Positions 48,943-59,425 of a DNA stretch of 64,000 nt are shown in pieces. Positions within the stretch are counted from its first letter, which is position 1. Each line of letters opens with the position of its first letter. A program made the translations under genes and the position numbers. The stretch spans positions 39,468-103,467 of the forward strand of contig JAWBQF010000005.1 of assembly GCA_038845975.1 (NCBI GenBank), given 5' to 3'. This DNA is from Candidatus Methanomethylicia archaeon. GTDB lineage: Archaea; Thermoproteota; Methanomethylicia; CALHIW01. A model generated the notes under the pieces. That model worked only from the letters and a program-made list of their open reading frames with translations. It was not told the origin of the DNA and searched no databases.

Positions 48943-49746
48943 GTGTTTATGGGTGTTGTTGCTCTTTTAACAGATTTTGGTGTTGATGATCCTTATGTTG
49001 GTGTTATGAAGGGAATTATATTATCAATAAATCCTAATGCAGTGATTGTTGATGTTACACATGGTATAGGTAAGTATCAAGTTATTCAAGGCGCATTGAT
49101 ATTGAAGAGCTGTTATAAGTATTTTCCTAAAGGAACAGTGTTTGTTGTAGTTGTTGATCCTGGTGTGGGCTCAATGAGGAGAGCTATAGCTATCAAGACT
49201 AGTAACTATATTTTTATTGGCCCTGATAATGGTATTCTTACTCCTGCAGCGTTTGATGATGGTGTCGTTGATGTTTATGAGGTTGAGAAGTATACTCTAC
49301 CAGTAGTTTCAAGAACTTTTCATGGTAGAGATGTTTTTGCGCCTGTAGCTGCACGTATATCCATGGGGAAACCAATAGAAGATGTTGGAAGGAGGATTAG
49401 TGTTAAAAGTATTGTTAGTATTGAAATTAGTAAGTCTGAAACTCATAATGGAGAAATTATTGGGGAAGTAATTTATATTGATAGTTTCGGTAATGCTGTA
49501 ACTAATATTCATCCTAATAGTCTTAGATTATTAGGTATTGAGGAAGGAAATTTGGTTAGTGTTGAAATTGATAGGATACGATATGAGATTCCATGGGTTA
49601 AAGCATATAGTGATGTTGGAAAGGGTGAGCTACTTATAATTACTAATAGCTTTAACTATATTGAACTATCAGTTAATCAGGGAAATGCTTCAGAAGCTTT
49701 AAAATTGAAAGTTGGATCGAAAATCATAGTAAAGCCATGTAGATAA
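48943..49746 (+). CDS. SAM hydroxide adenosyltransferase (DUF62, chlorinase/fluorinase family)
   Basis: LLTDFG..DPYVGVMKG, VVDPGVG, GPDNG, SRTFHGRDVFAP, DSFGN, ELSVNQG. Confidence 0.92.
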   Translation: MFMGVVALLTDFGVDDPYVGVMKGIILSINPNAVIVDVTHGIGKYQVIQGALILKSCYKYFPKGTVFVVVVDPGVGSMRRAIAIKTSNYIFIGPDNGILTPAAFDDGVVDVYEVEKYTLPVVSRTFHGRDVFAPVAARISMGKPIEDVGRRISVKSIVSIEISKSETHNGEIIGEVIYIDSFGNAVTNIHPNSLRLLGIEEGNLVSVEIDRIRYEIPWVKAYSDVGKGELLIITNSFNYIELSVNQGNASEALKLKVGSKIIVKPCR

Positions 49747-49881
49747 CTAAAATTAATAAGCAGTTAAACACTTTCTCTATGCTCAGGATTTACAGTAAGT
49801 TAAGAGAAAGTTAGGATTTAATGAATTTAGATAGGCTATTAAACGGTAATATTTAATTGGATTCCTTCTATATTTTAGAGT

Positions 49882-50541
49882 ATGAAGCTCTTGGTTTCAT
49901 CGGATTTCCATGGTAGAGAGCTTCCAGCAGCATCAATATCAAGAATAGCTATGGAGGAGAATTGTGATGCCATAATTGTTTGTGGTGATCTTGCTGACGG
50001 TCCATTCATACCTATAGCTTCCCGTATATTAACTTATCTTACGGAATTTAATATTCCAGTATTCTATGTACCTGGAAACATGGATTCTCCAAGCCTTACA
50101 TCAAACATCAATGTCCCGAATACGAAATGCTTACATGGAGTACATACTACATTTAATAATTTAGTGTTTGCTGGTATTGGAGGAGCTATAGTAGGTCCAT
50201 TTAATACACCGTTCGAATTATCCGAAGAGGAATTTAAAAGCCTACTAGAGAAAGCATTTCTCACATTATCAAATAATGTAGTTCTAATTACGCATTGTCC
50301 ACCTAGAAATACAGCTATTGATAAAACAAGATTTGGAACTCATATTGGAAGTATTGAGTTAAGAAGAATTATAGAGACTAAACAACCTATAGCAAGCTTT
50401 AGTGGACATGTACATGAGGCAAGAGGGATTGATAAAATCAATAAGACAGTAATTGTTAACCCTGGTCCAGCGTTTAAAGGCTACTATTCAATAGTAGAGG
50501 TTAAAGATAGAGAGGTTAAGGTGGACTTAAGAAAAATATAG
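49882..50541 (+). CDS. Metallophosphoesterase (Icc-like)
   Basis: SDFH, CGD, PGNMD, THCPP, GHVHE, NPG. Confidence 0.9.
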   Translation: MKLLVSSDFHGRELPAASISRIAMEENCDAIIVCGDLADGPFIPIASRILTYLTEFNIPVFYVPGNMDSPSLTSNINVPNTKCLHGVHTTFNNLVFAGIGGAIVGPFNTPFELSEEEFKSLLEKAFLTLSNNVVLITHCPPRNTAIDKTRFGTHIGSIELRRIIETKQPIASFSGHVHEARGIDKINKTVIVNPGPAFKGYYSIVEVKDREVKVDLRKI

Positions 50542-50676
50542 CATAATTAAACATTTTAACTTATACTTTACAGCTTAACGTGAATTAGAACAGAATAAGA
50601 AAATCTCTAGTGAATATTTAATAAGTTATAAAGCTTCTATTATATACATAAGCTGTTAAAATGCTTGAAGTATTAG

Positions 50677-53598
50677 TTATTCAACATAGATTGCTGGTCT
50701 AAATGGTATTGCTTGTTCAGCTTTATTTTGGGGGTCGTATTTTTCAGCATCATCAGCTCTATAAACTCTTACTTCACAACCAAATTCTTTCTCTAAGAAT
50801 TTGCATGCTTCACTAAGTATTTTATATTCATCTATTGGGTTTTTAATAACTGCTTCTCTATTAATGGTTGTTAATGCTATATCCATCATTCTATCAACAA
50901 GCCTAGAAATATCCTTAACATGCTCTTTAAACACAGAATCCTTTAAAAGTTCTCTAATAATATCACTTTTAGACTTTACGCCTCTACCAATCATTTCAAG
51001 AATCTTTAGAAACATTCTCTGCCTCCATTTATGAGTGGTATAATAATATATCTTGCTAGGCTTTACTTTAAGAATTTCAAAGATTTTACCGGTATCTTCA
51101 ATAACCTTCATAATATAGTCTTCAGTAAGCTCAGCTCTGATGTTGATTTTAGATTCGTCAGGCTCAGGCCACCTAGCGAGTGAAACAAAACCTTCCTCAC
51201 CCATTAAGCTCCACAATTCCTCACATACATGTGGAATAATAGGGGCAAGCATTCTCACTCTAGTATGGAGAACTTGATACAATGTATTTATAATAGCCAC
51301 CTTTCTCTCCTCATTAGATTCATCCAACATTGCCCGCTTTTTATACCATTGAATATCTTTATCTAGTAAGTAGGCTGCATGGAGAATAGAATCTCGAACC
51401 TCAAGAACCTCCATAGCCTTTGAAGCCTCAATAATATGTTTCTGAAGCCTACTTATCATCCATTCATCAATACTTTCAAATTTAGGTTTAATTCTCATAC
51501 TCTTATAGGCTTCAATAAGCTCAATAGACTCCTTAAAGAATCCATCAATCCATTCACGAATAGATTTAGCAAGTGCTGGACTGAAATCAACATCCTGTAG
51601 AAGACCGGCAACACTTAGAATAGCCATTCTCAATACATCTGCGCCATACTCCTTAATAGCATCTCTTAAAGGTATTATATTTCCCATAGATTTACTCATT
51701 TTCTGCCCCATCATCAATACACTACCATTAACAACAATTTGACGAGGCCAAAGCTCTCTTGGAAATATTGCTACATGATTAAATATAAAGTATGTTAAGT
51801 GATTCCATACTAGATCCCTACCGGAGTGACGGCTATCTAATGGATAATAGTATAGAAACTCATTTCTAATATCCTTAATTAGATTAGAATCCACTCCAAC
51901 CTCTCTAGCTATACTATCAACATCGCCAATACCTAAGAATACATAGTCGAAAAATTCATCATTAAGCCTATTAGGATCTAGATTGTGGATATTTACGTAT
52001 TTAGCAATAATGTAGTAAGCCATATATATAGTAGAGTCTGAGAGGGATTCAATAATCCAGTCTGGATCCCACGGTAGCTTCGTCCCTAATCCACTCCTTC
52101 TTGCACAAGCTTTCTCCTTAAGCCAGTCAACAACATTAATAAACTCTAATCTTAGAGCTTCAGGGATAATACTCATACTTTCTAGACATTCCTTAACCAT
52201 AGCCTTCCATTTCTCGTCACTATAATTAATAAACCACTGATCTTTAAACACCTTAACAGTAACTTCAGAGCCACATCTACAGTATATTGGTCTATTTATA
52301 AGTTCAAACAATATTTCTGCTTTACCATCCTTAACTAAATCTCTTCTCACCATCTCCTTAGCTTCAGACACTGGCAGATTAGAGTATACACCAGTATTTT
52401 CCCTCATAAAACCCTTATGGAATTCACTACTATAAACCTCTACTGTCGCATCTTCAAGCTTAGAGTCTTTCTGATCCTTTATATTAAATCTTTTAACAAT
52501 GTCTTCAGCAGGAATCTCTGAATAGCCCTCCAGCCTTATAACAGGTATAGGCTTAATAGATTTAATATCATCTACATTTAAATTATACCGTTTAATTAGT
52601 TCACTATGTTCCTTCAATTCCTCCAAGGCCACATAATCATATGGAGCATGTGCAGGTACACTCATAACAACACCACTTCCAGCCTTAGGATCAACAAAAA
52701 ACCCTGGTAGAATGGGGATTCTTAATCCTGTAACAGGATTTAAAACGTACTTACCAATAAGAACCTTACCATTAAACTCCTCTAATACATTAACCTCTTT
52801 ACCTAAAAGTTTAAACTTTTCAACAACATCCCTACTTATAATCCAAAACTCACCATCAACTCTAGCTTTAACATATATGGATTCAGGATGAATCCATACG
52901 TTAGTAACGCCGAAAACGGTTTCAGGTCTAAGAGTAGCTGTAGGTAGATATGATTCGCCATGTATAAACTTTATTAATGTAAACTCTGAAACTTCAGGCT
53001 CTACATCACCTCTAGTATCATGCTGGCCTACAGGATTACCACAGCTTGGACACCATCCAACAGGATGAGAACCCTTAGTTATATAGCCAAGTTTATGAAG
53101 TCTCCTAAACTGCCACTCAATAAATTTATTATATGCAGGATCAATGGTTGTAAACTCTCTCCTCCAATCTATAGAATAGCCTGCTTCAATCATACCCTGC
53201 TTAATTTCATGATGGAAATACCTGGCAATATTGATAGGCTCGGTAAACGTCTCTAAAACTTCAGGTGGAACCCTATAGATATTAATGAAGTCTCTTTTAA
53301 GCTCTTCATCTCCACTCTTTAAACGCTTAGCCATAGACAATACAGGTGTACCTGTATAGTGAAATCCTAATGGTAGTAAAACCTCATAGCCTTTCTGCCT
53401 CATATACCTAGCATGAACATCAGCTAAAGCATATGTTCTCAAATGACCAATATGCTGTGGAGAATTAGGATACGGATAAGCTACTGTTATAAAATACTTA
53501 GGCTTACTAGAATTAGGGTCAGATTCGAAAACTCTAGCTTCAAGCCATCTCTTCTGCTGCCTCTTTTCAATTTCTAATGGATTATATGAGAATTCCAG
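50677..53598 (-). CDS. leuS: Leucyl-tRNA synthetase (archaeal type); extended to probable CTG start
   Basis: The frame upstream of the called start encodes KYFITVAYPYPNSPQHIGH (HIGH motif); KMSKS, ATLRPET, GVVMSVPAHAPYD present. Confidence 0.93.
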   Translation of the reverse strand: MEFSYNPLEIEKRQQKRWLEARVFESDPNSSKPKYFITVAYPYPNSPQHIGHLRTYALADVHARYMRQKGYEVLLPLGFHYTGTPVLSMAKRLKSGDEELKRDFINIYRVPPEVLETFTEPINIARYFHHEIKQGMIEAGYSIDWRREFTTIDPAYNKFIEWQFRRLHKLGYITKGSHPVGWCPSCGNPVGQHDTRGDVEPEVSEFTLIKFIHGESYLPTATLRPETVFGVTNVWIHPESIYVKARVDGEFWIISRDVVEKFKLLGKEVNVLEEFNGKVLIGKYVLNPVTGLRIPILPGFFVDPKAGSGVVMSVPAHAPYDYVALEELKEHSELIKRYNLNVDDIKSIKPIPVIRLEGYSEIPAEDIVKRFNIKDQKDSKLEDATVEVYSSEFHKGFMRENTGVYSNLPVSEAKEMVRRDLVKDGKAEILFELINRPIYCRCGSEVTVKVFKDQWFINYSDEKWKAMVKECLESMSIIPEALRLEFINVVDWLKEKACARRSGLGTKLPWDPDWIIESLSDSTIYMAYYIIAKYVNIHNLDPNRLNDEFFDYVFLGIGDVDSIAREVGVDSNLIKDIRNEFLYYYPLDSRHSGRDLVWNHLTYFIFNHVAIFPRELWPRQIVVNGSVLMMGQKMSKSMGNIIPLRDAIKEYGADVLRMAILSVAGLLQDVDFSPALAKSIREWIDGFFKESIELIEAYKSMRIKPKFESIDEWMISRLQKHIIEASKAMEVLEVRDSILHAAYLLDKDIQWYKKRAMLDESNEERKVAIINTLYQVLHTRVRMLAPIIPHVCEELWSLMGEEGFVSLARWPEPDESKINIRAELTEDYIMKVIEDTGKIFEILKVKPSKIYYYTTHKWRQRMFLKILEMIGRGVKSKSDIIRELLKDSVFKEHVKDISRLVDRMMDIALTTINREAVIKNPIDEYKILSEACKFLEKEFGCEVRVYRADDAEKYDPQNKAEQAIPFRPAIYVE

Positions 53599-53657
53599 TC
53601 ACCTCTAGTTTAGTTTGAATATATTAGGGATTAAAATACTTTTTTGCTAAATATTGA

Positions 53658-53707
53658 AGACATGACAACTTAAGAAGAAAGCCACAATATGTTAAGTTGT
53701 CATGTCT
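53658..53707. repeat. 16-bp inverted repeat with 18-nt spacer
   Basis: AGACATGACAACTTAA ... TTAAGTTGTCATGTCT. Confidence 0.88.
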
Positions 53708-54345
53708 GATATTGAGCTGACCTACCAACTTTAGATGTTTTACATTATTTTTAACTTCTCTTATTAGGATTTTATCTATATCCTTATTTTTCTTTTTACT
53801 GTTTGATTGTTAGTGGTACATGATCTTACCAAATTATATGTTATGTATACATTATTCTATTAACGCATTTTAATGGCTTCTATATCTACCGTATGTATTA
53901 ATCATTTTCCTCATGAAACCTCTGAATGTTTCATATGCTCTTTCAACCATTTAACATCCATCAACTCTATAATGCCTAAACTATTAGCTTAGCTGCATAA
54001 ATATAGCATTGTAGATGATCAATGGTAACTATTTTGATACAGTACCTCTCCTTAAACCTTAAGAATTAGGTATCAGATTACTATGTGAGAACAATAAATG
54101 TATGCATATTATTCTTTTATGCTTACTCTCAATGTAACCAATATCATACAATAATGACTTAGTATTATGCTTACCAACATAACCCCCTAACCAATATAAA
54201 CAATTCATGAATCCACCTATGTATAGTCTCATAATAATAGCCAAAATCTTACTAGTTCCCACCCAAACTACATCCAGAGAAATGAATTAATAAAGTCTAC
54301 AAATATAAATGGTATTCTTATCCTCACAAGGAAACCATAACTATT

Positions 54346-54576
54346 TTAACCCCTCCTATCAAACTCAAATAGCTTAAAGACTTAAACCATTAATATAGAT
54401 ACTTCTAATAACAATAAAACCTAAATATTTGAAGCTATCCTAGATGAACGAAAACATATAAGCACCATAACAACTAAAGTAAATGGAATCCTCTCCTAAC
54501 AAACTTAATGATCTTAGATATATTAACACCATAAATAAAGGAGAAAAACCCAAATAAAGCTAAAGTTAACAAAGCT
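54346..54576 (-). mobile_element. IS6 left-end fragment
   Basis: Reverse complement matches 45177-45410; ends AAAGTTAACAAAGCT. Confidence 0.8.
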
Positions 54577-55029
54577 ATAATAATTCATGAAACTTTTATA
54601 CTTATTTCTTTACAGAATTATTTGAAACTATATTATTTAAGTTGATGGTTAAGTCTTCCTATGATTCAGGCCTCTTCTAAAATCCTTCAAATAAACTACA
54701 AGTATGATACATACTGAAACTAATTATCTGAAATCTAATATATAGAATTCCACAAATCACCATAATCCAACAATAAATATCACCTAATACTTCTAATAGT
54801 CTAGATTGAGTTAAAATTCATTATCTTAATCATAATTGTAAAATAACCACTTCATAGTTACAACTATTATAATGGTCTTCTAACAACTTATAAACTGTAA
54901 CTTTTAATATCTAAAGTAATTCCTTACTCAAGACGAAATCAGGAATTTGTAAAGCAATTCAGGATTTAGATAAAGTTTTATTAAGATGTATTGTTTAAGT
55001 AATTAATGATATTAATATTATTGTAAGAT

Positions 55030-55818
55030 TTGATATCTATGTCTAGCTATGACATAGCTGTTAAAGTTGAAAATCTTGTAGTATCTTATGGTTCAATAAT
55101 GGCTGTTAATGGTCTTACATTTCAAGTTAGGAGCGGAGAGGTTTATGGTTTGCTTGGACCTAATGGAGCCGGTAAGACAAGCACTATTAAAGTACTTGCA
55201 GGAGTTCTTGAGCCTACATCTGGATATGTAGAGGTTTTCGGCTATCCTATCTCAAATGAGATAGCTGTAAAGAGCTTGATAGGCTATGTACCTGAAAGCA
55301 TAGTTTTACTGGATTCTCTTACTCCAAGAGAGTTTTTCGAATTTATAGCTTCTGTAAGAAAACTAAATTCTAAAGTGGTTAATTTAAGACTTAGTCAGTT
55401 AGTATCTGCCTTCAATCTTAAGGAATATTTTGATACTCCTATTGCTGCTTTATCTATGGGTACTAAGCAGAAGGTCGCTGTGATAGCTGCGCTCCTTCAT
55501 GATCCTCCTCTCCTAGTTCTCGATGAACCATTAAATGGTTTAGATGCTCGATCATCAAGAATACTTAAAGAACTTATATTGATTCATACAAGGAAGGGTG
55601 GTGCTGTTATTTTATCTACACATATTATGGAAATAGCTGAGAAGCTTTGTACTAGAGTAGGAATTATCAATAGAGGTAAGCTGATAGGGGAAGGAACTAT
55701 AGATGAGTTGAAGAAGCTGGTGAAGAGTGTAGAAGGATCATTAGAGGATGTATTTCTGAAAGTTACTGAGCAAGAGAATGATTTGAGAGAAATTGTTAAA
55801 GCCCTAGAGAGGATTTGA
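55030..55818 (+). CDS. ABC-2-type exporter ATP-binding protein
   Basis: GPNGAGKTS, LSMGTKQK, LDEPLNGLD, STH. Confidence 0.9.
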   Translation: MISMSSYDIAVKVENLVVSYGSIMAVNGLTFQVRSGEVYGLLGPNGAGKTSTIKVLAGVLEPTSGYVEVFGYPISNEIAVKSLIGYVPESIVLLDSLTPREFFEFIASVRKLNSKVVNLRLSQLVSAFNLKEYFDTPIAALSMGTKQKVAVIAALLHDPPLLVLDEPLNGLDARSSRILKELILIHTRKGGAVILSTHIMEIAEKLCTRVGIINRGKLIGEGTIDELKKLVKSVEGSLEDVFLKVTEQENDLREIVKALERI

Positions 55819-55819
55819 A

Positions 55820-57454
55820 GTGTTATCTAATCTTTACAGGTTATGGCATATATCAAGTGTAGTATATAAGGAAGTAGCATTCCAGTCGATTTTTGCTTTA
55901 CATTTAGGCGCCTTATACCCACAGAGAAGTGAATCCAGTATTAGAAAACTAGTTAGTAGTGTTAAGTTGAATACATGGCTTGGAAAGATTTTAACATCGA
56001 TTTTCATAGCTGGATTCGCTATTGCTACTGTTTTCCTATTATCTAAACAAGTAAATATTTCTAATATAGAGCTTACTGTAGTAAGTATTATTTCAGTTTA
56101 TCTTGCTGTTATACTTTTCTTCATAGTCTTTATGGGTTTACAGATGACTACATCATTTATATCTACGAAAACCATTGAAATTTTAAAGTCTTTTCCACTA
56201 GATAGAAAAGATATTTCATTAATTATGTTTTTCACATTTATTAAGATATTTGATGTTCCACTTATAACTGCACTGTTAGTTTTTCCTTTAGTATATATTT
56301 ACACTACATGTTCAGTTATTGGCAGTTTAGCTTCCCTATTTTCAATTATTGTTACGGAGGTTTTTGCTTTAGCTTTAGTAATGGCCTTAGCTAGGTTTTT
56401 CTATATGAAGATAGCTGTTGGTAGTAGGTCTATATGGAGAAATATTCTAAGAGTCATTTATATGTTAATATGGATCCTACCCACTCTTGGAATTTATATT
56501 TTGATGAACTTTGCAAGTGATATAATTAAGATGGTTTTAGCGTCGATGGAAATACCTTTACCATTAATTTTTATACTTGCTGTAACATATCCGTTTGCTT
56601 TCGGGTTTCTAATTTTTTATGCTACATTCACCCAAATTGGAAATCCACTTATTCTAGCTTTATCATTAACCAGTATTATTGGATATTGCGTGCTTATAGT
56701 TTACGCTATTAGTTGGATGAAGATAATGATAGTGAACACCTCATTTAGTCAGTATTTACATCATGTTAATAATGTAGGGGATTTATCTATTAATGTAAGC
56801 TCACCATGGCTTGGATTGGTTAAGAAAGATTTAAGAGTTGCTTCAAGGTCTCCAGCTTATACGAGTGTTTTCATGTTGCCTTCTGTTCAAATGGTTATAA
56901 TTGTTTTAACGATGTCTAGAGGAGAAATTATAGGATTACTCTACATATTGGGGGTTGTTGTAACAGCATCACTTCTAACTGTTCTTATTCCACCAATGCT
57001 TTTCTCAGTTGAGGTTGTTGCCTCAGCTTATACGAGATCGCTTCCGATTAGAAAGAGGACATTAATAGGATCCAAAACTATTTTGACAATTTTTATTTAC
57101 ATGATTTCTCTATTAGTTCTTTTAGCTATGACTTTAATTCTAGGTATAACAAATCCTCTCCTCCTAATCTTGGGGGTTATGCAGATACCTGCAGTTTCAG
57201 CTGCTAGTATTATAGAACTACTAATACTTGCACGTAAGCCTTTAGGACAGGCTATTGTAGCAGTTAACTTATATACTAGAATTTCAAATCTTATATTAGT
57301 TATCATACCTGGAATCATACTAGTTATTCTTCCAATAATAGTTATAGCTATGGTTTTTATTATTACTCAACAGTTAATCTTGTCAGTACTTCTATTAACT
57401 ACACTACTGGAATTCATATTGGCTTTACGCTGTCTCTTCTCTATTAAGAATTAA
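55820..57454 (+). CDS. ABC exporter permease (archaeal)
   Basis: Multiple TM segments, KKDLRVASR, RSLP motifs; follows the ATPase. Confidence 0.75.
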   Translation: MLSNLYRLWHISSVVYKEVAFQSIFALHLGALYPQRSESSIRKLVSSVKLNTWLGKILTSIFIAGFAIATVFLLSKQVNISNIELTVVSIISVYLAVILFFIVFMGLQMTTSFISTKTIEILKSFPLDRKDISLIMFFTFIKIFDVPLITALLVFPLVYIYTTCSVIGSLASLFSIIVTEVFALALVMALARFFYMKIAVGSRSIWRNILRVIYMLIWILPTLGIYILMNFASDIIKMVLASMEIPLPLIFILAVTYPFAFGFLIFYATFTQIGNPLILALSLTSIIGYCVLIVYAISWMKIMIVNTSFSQYLHHVNNVGDLSINVSSPWLGLVKKDLRVASRSPAYTSVFMLPSVQMVIIVLTMSRGEIIGLLYILGVVVTASLLTVLIPPMLFSVEVVASAYTRSLPIRKRTLIGSKTILTIFIYMISLLVLLAMTLILGITNPLLLILGVMQIPAVSAASIIELLILARKPLGQAIVAVNLYTRISNLILVIIPGIILVILPIIVIAMVFIITQQLILSVLLLTTLLEFILALRCLFSIKN

Positions 57455-57518
57455 ATGTATTAACAGATTTTAAAGTTAGTTTTAAGTATTAAGTTAGCTA
57501 CTTTAAAGTGGTGGTCAA

Positions 57519-58280
57519 ATGGATAAGGTATTGTTTATAGTGAAAAATAAGTCTGCATGGATAGTTCTAAACAGACCTGAAAAGCTTAATTCACTTGATA
57601 GAGAAAGCTGGATTCTTATTCAAGAATATATTAAGAGGGCTAATGATGATTCTAACATTAAGCTAATAGTTCTTACTGGTAGTGGAGAGGTATTCTGTGC
57701 CGGTGAGGATTTAAACGATATATTTTCATCATCAACAATCAATGAATCTCTAACCTTATTCTATAAGTATGTATTAGAAACTTTTGAGTTAATACTTAAA
57801 TCTTCAAAGCCTATTCTTACAGTTGTTAATGGTCCAAGTTACGGTGTTGGGGTGGAGTTGGTACTTATTTCTGATCTAGCTATTGCTGTTGAGAATTCAT
57901 GCTTTATGCTTTCACAGGGAAGGCTAGGTATTGGTCCAGCAATTGCTTTAGGTATTGGATTAACATCAGTACCCCGTAAGAAACTTTTAGAGATGGTTTT
58001 AACAGGTAAACCTATAACTGCTATGGAAGCTATCGAAGCTGGAATTATTAATGCGGTTATGAAGAGAGATGAAGTTGAAGGCTATGTGGAAAGGCTTGTA
58101 GAAGATTTATCATTAATTCCAGATTCCCTAGTTAGAGTAATAAAGAGTATTAACAGTAAATATATGGAGCTACTGGATTATAAAACGGTTTTTAGAGAGT
58201 TGGCTTTATACATAGTAAACGAAGAAACAAGGAATAGGGTAAAACACTTTCTAGAACGTAAGATCCATAATAAGCCCTAG
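57519..58280 (+). CDS. Enoyl-CoA hydratase/crotonase family
   Basis: LNRPEKLNSL, FCAGEDL, VNG..YGVGVEL..SD, TGKPITAMEA. Confidence 0.88.
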   Translation: MDKVLFIVKNKSAWIVLNRPEKLNSLDRESWILIQEYIKRANDDSNIKLIVLTGSGEVFCAGEDLNDIFSSSTINESLTLFYKYVLETFELILKSSKPILTVVNGPSYGVGVELVLISDLAIAVENSCFMLSQGRLGIGPAIALGIGLTSVPRKKLLEMVLTGKPITAMEAIEAGIINAVMKRDEVEGYVERLVEDLSLIPDSLVRVIKSINSKYMELLDYKTVFRELALYIVNEETRNRVKHFLERKIHNKP

Positions 58281-58374
58281 ATACTCTAACTGCTTATATT
58301 AATGATTATTTATATGCGTTAACGATTTGCTTAAGTTTACAGGACATTTATGTGCTTAGAAGAGTTTATATTGA

Positions 58375-59013
58375 GTGAAATACTTAAACTCTATGGATTT
58401 CAGCGCTATCCTTAAAGTCATTACTATAAGTGCTTCAGGTGTTCTTGCTCCAGGTCCTTTAACAGCATCCTCTATAGCTTTAGGAGTTAAGAATAGCTGG
58501 AAGGCGGGAGTTGGTATTGCATTTGGGCATATGATTGTTGAGTTTCCTCTTGTACTGCTAATAGTCTACGGTATTGGTATATTTTTAACCCAGTCATGGG
58601 TAAGAATAATGTTAGGATTAGTAGGCGGGTTGTTCCTAATGTTCTTTGCGATGCTTACATTTAGAGATTCTTTAAATCCCAAGTTATCATATAACTCAAA
58701 GAGTGGAGGATGTAAGCCAGCTATAGCTGTAGGTATAGGATTATCAGTACTTAACCCATACTTTATAGCGTGGTGGATTGGTGTAGGTTTACCTCTTATT
58801 CTTGAGGTTCTTAAGAATTTAAGTCTTATAGGTTTAATAATGTTTTATATAGCTCATGTATGGCTTGACTATGTATGGTTAACGTTCACATCTTCAATAG
58901 GTTCAGTAAGTAGAATAAACATGAAAATATATAAAACAGTCTTACTAATCTTAGCAGTAACGGTTTTATACTTCGGCGTAGAGATGATTATCAAGGTTTT
59001 ATTTCTAGTTTAA
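58375..59013 (+). CDS. LysE-family transporter
   Basis: SGVLAPGPL, GH..VE.P, LNPYFIAWW. Confidence 0.85.
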   Translation: MKYLNSMDFSAILKVITISASGVLAPGPLTASSIALGVKNSWKAGVGIAFGHMIVEFPLVLLIVYGIGIFLTQSWVRIMLGLVGGLFLMFFAMLTFRDSLNPKLSYNSKSGGCKPAIAVGIGLSVLNPYFIAWWIGVGLPLILEVLKNLSLIGLIMFYIAHVWLDYVWLTFTSSIGSVSRINMKIYKTVLLILAVTVLYFGVEMIIKVLFLV

Positions 59014-59031
59014 GCCAGTTAAATGGGTCAT

Positions 59032-59130
59032 AAACGGCTTTATCCACACCGCTAACTCTTAACTTCACAGTTGAGCATACGCTCAACCTCAGCTAAGCTC
59101 TCTACACGGTGGGATCTACGCCGTTTCCCC
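59032..59130 (-). ncRNA. Candidate K-turn-containing H/ACA guide RNA
   Basis: Nested stems AAACGGC/GCCGTTT, CACCG/CGGTG, CTTAGC/GTTAAG, GTTGAGC/GCTCAAC; CTGA..TGTGA kink-turn; internal pocket; AUA box 15 nt from the pocket top. Confidence 0.55.
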
Positions 59131-59425
59131 TACTAGATATGTCTAAATCTATAAAAATATTGCGTAATTAAGATAAACGAGATAACATTTGCATTAACTT
59201 AAGTTGCTATGCTTATTAAGGTCTTAGTAAGCTTAGGTAATGTATCCAGTAATCTTAGGATTTAGGTAAGCTTAAGTCTTAATCTATTGTACATTAAATC
59301 CCATTGTGGCTAAGCTGAGCCTAGCGCTATTACAACCATTTTTAAAGCTAATTAATTATGGGCTTGATTCCAATAGTAATAATGTTTTCAATTAAGTTTT
59401 TATTTAGCTTCACTATAGCTCTGTT

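Noticed and set aside
48943-49746. Fluorinase/chlorinase
   Set aside because: The Asp/Arg/His motifs (VVDPG..RR, TFHGRD) indicate the common DUF62 SAM hydrolase
54059-54262. 67-aa ORF as a real gene
   Set aside because: It lies in a decayed transposon-like region; treated as a relic
59032-59130. SAM riboswitch for the downstream metB, or a TnpB omega-RNA end
   Set aside because: No SAM-I core consensus, about 300 bp from metB, K-turn motifs read on the opposite strand, and no tnpB remnant is adjacent
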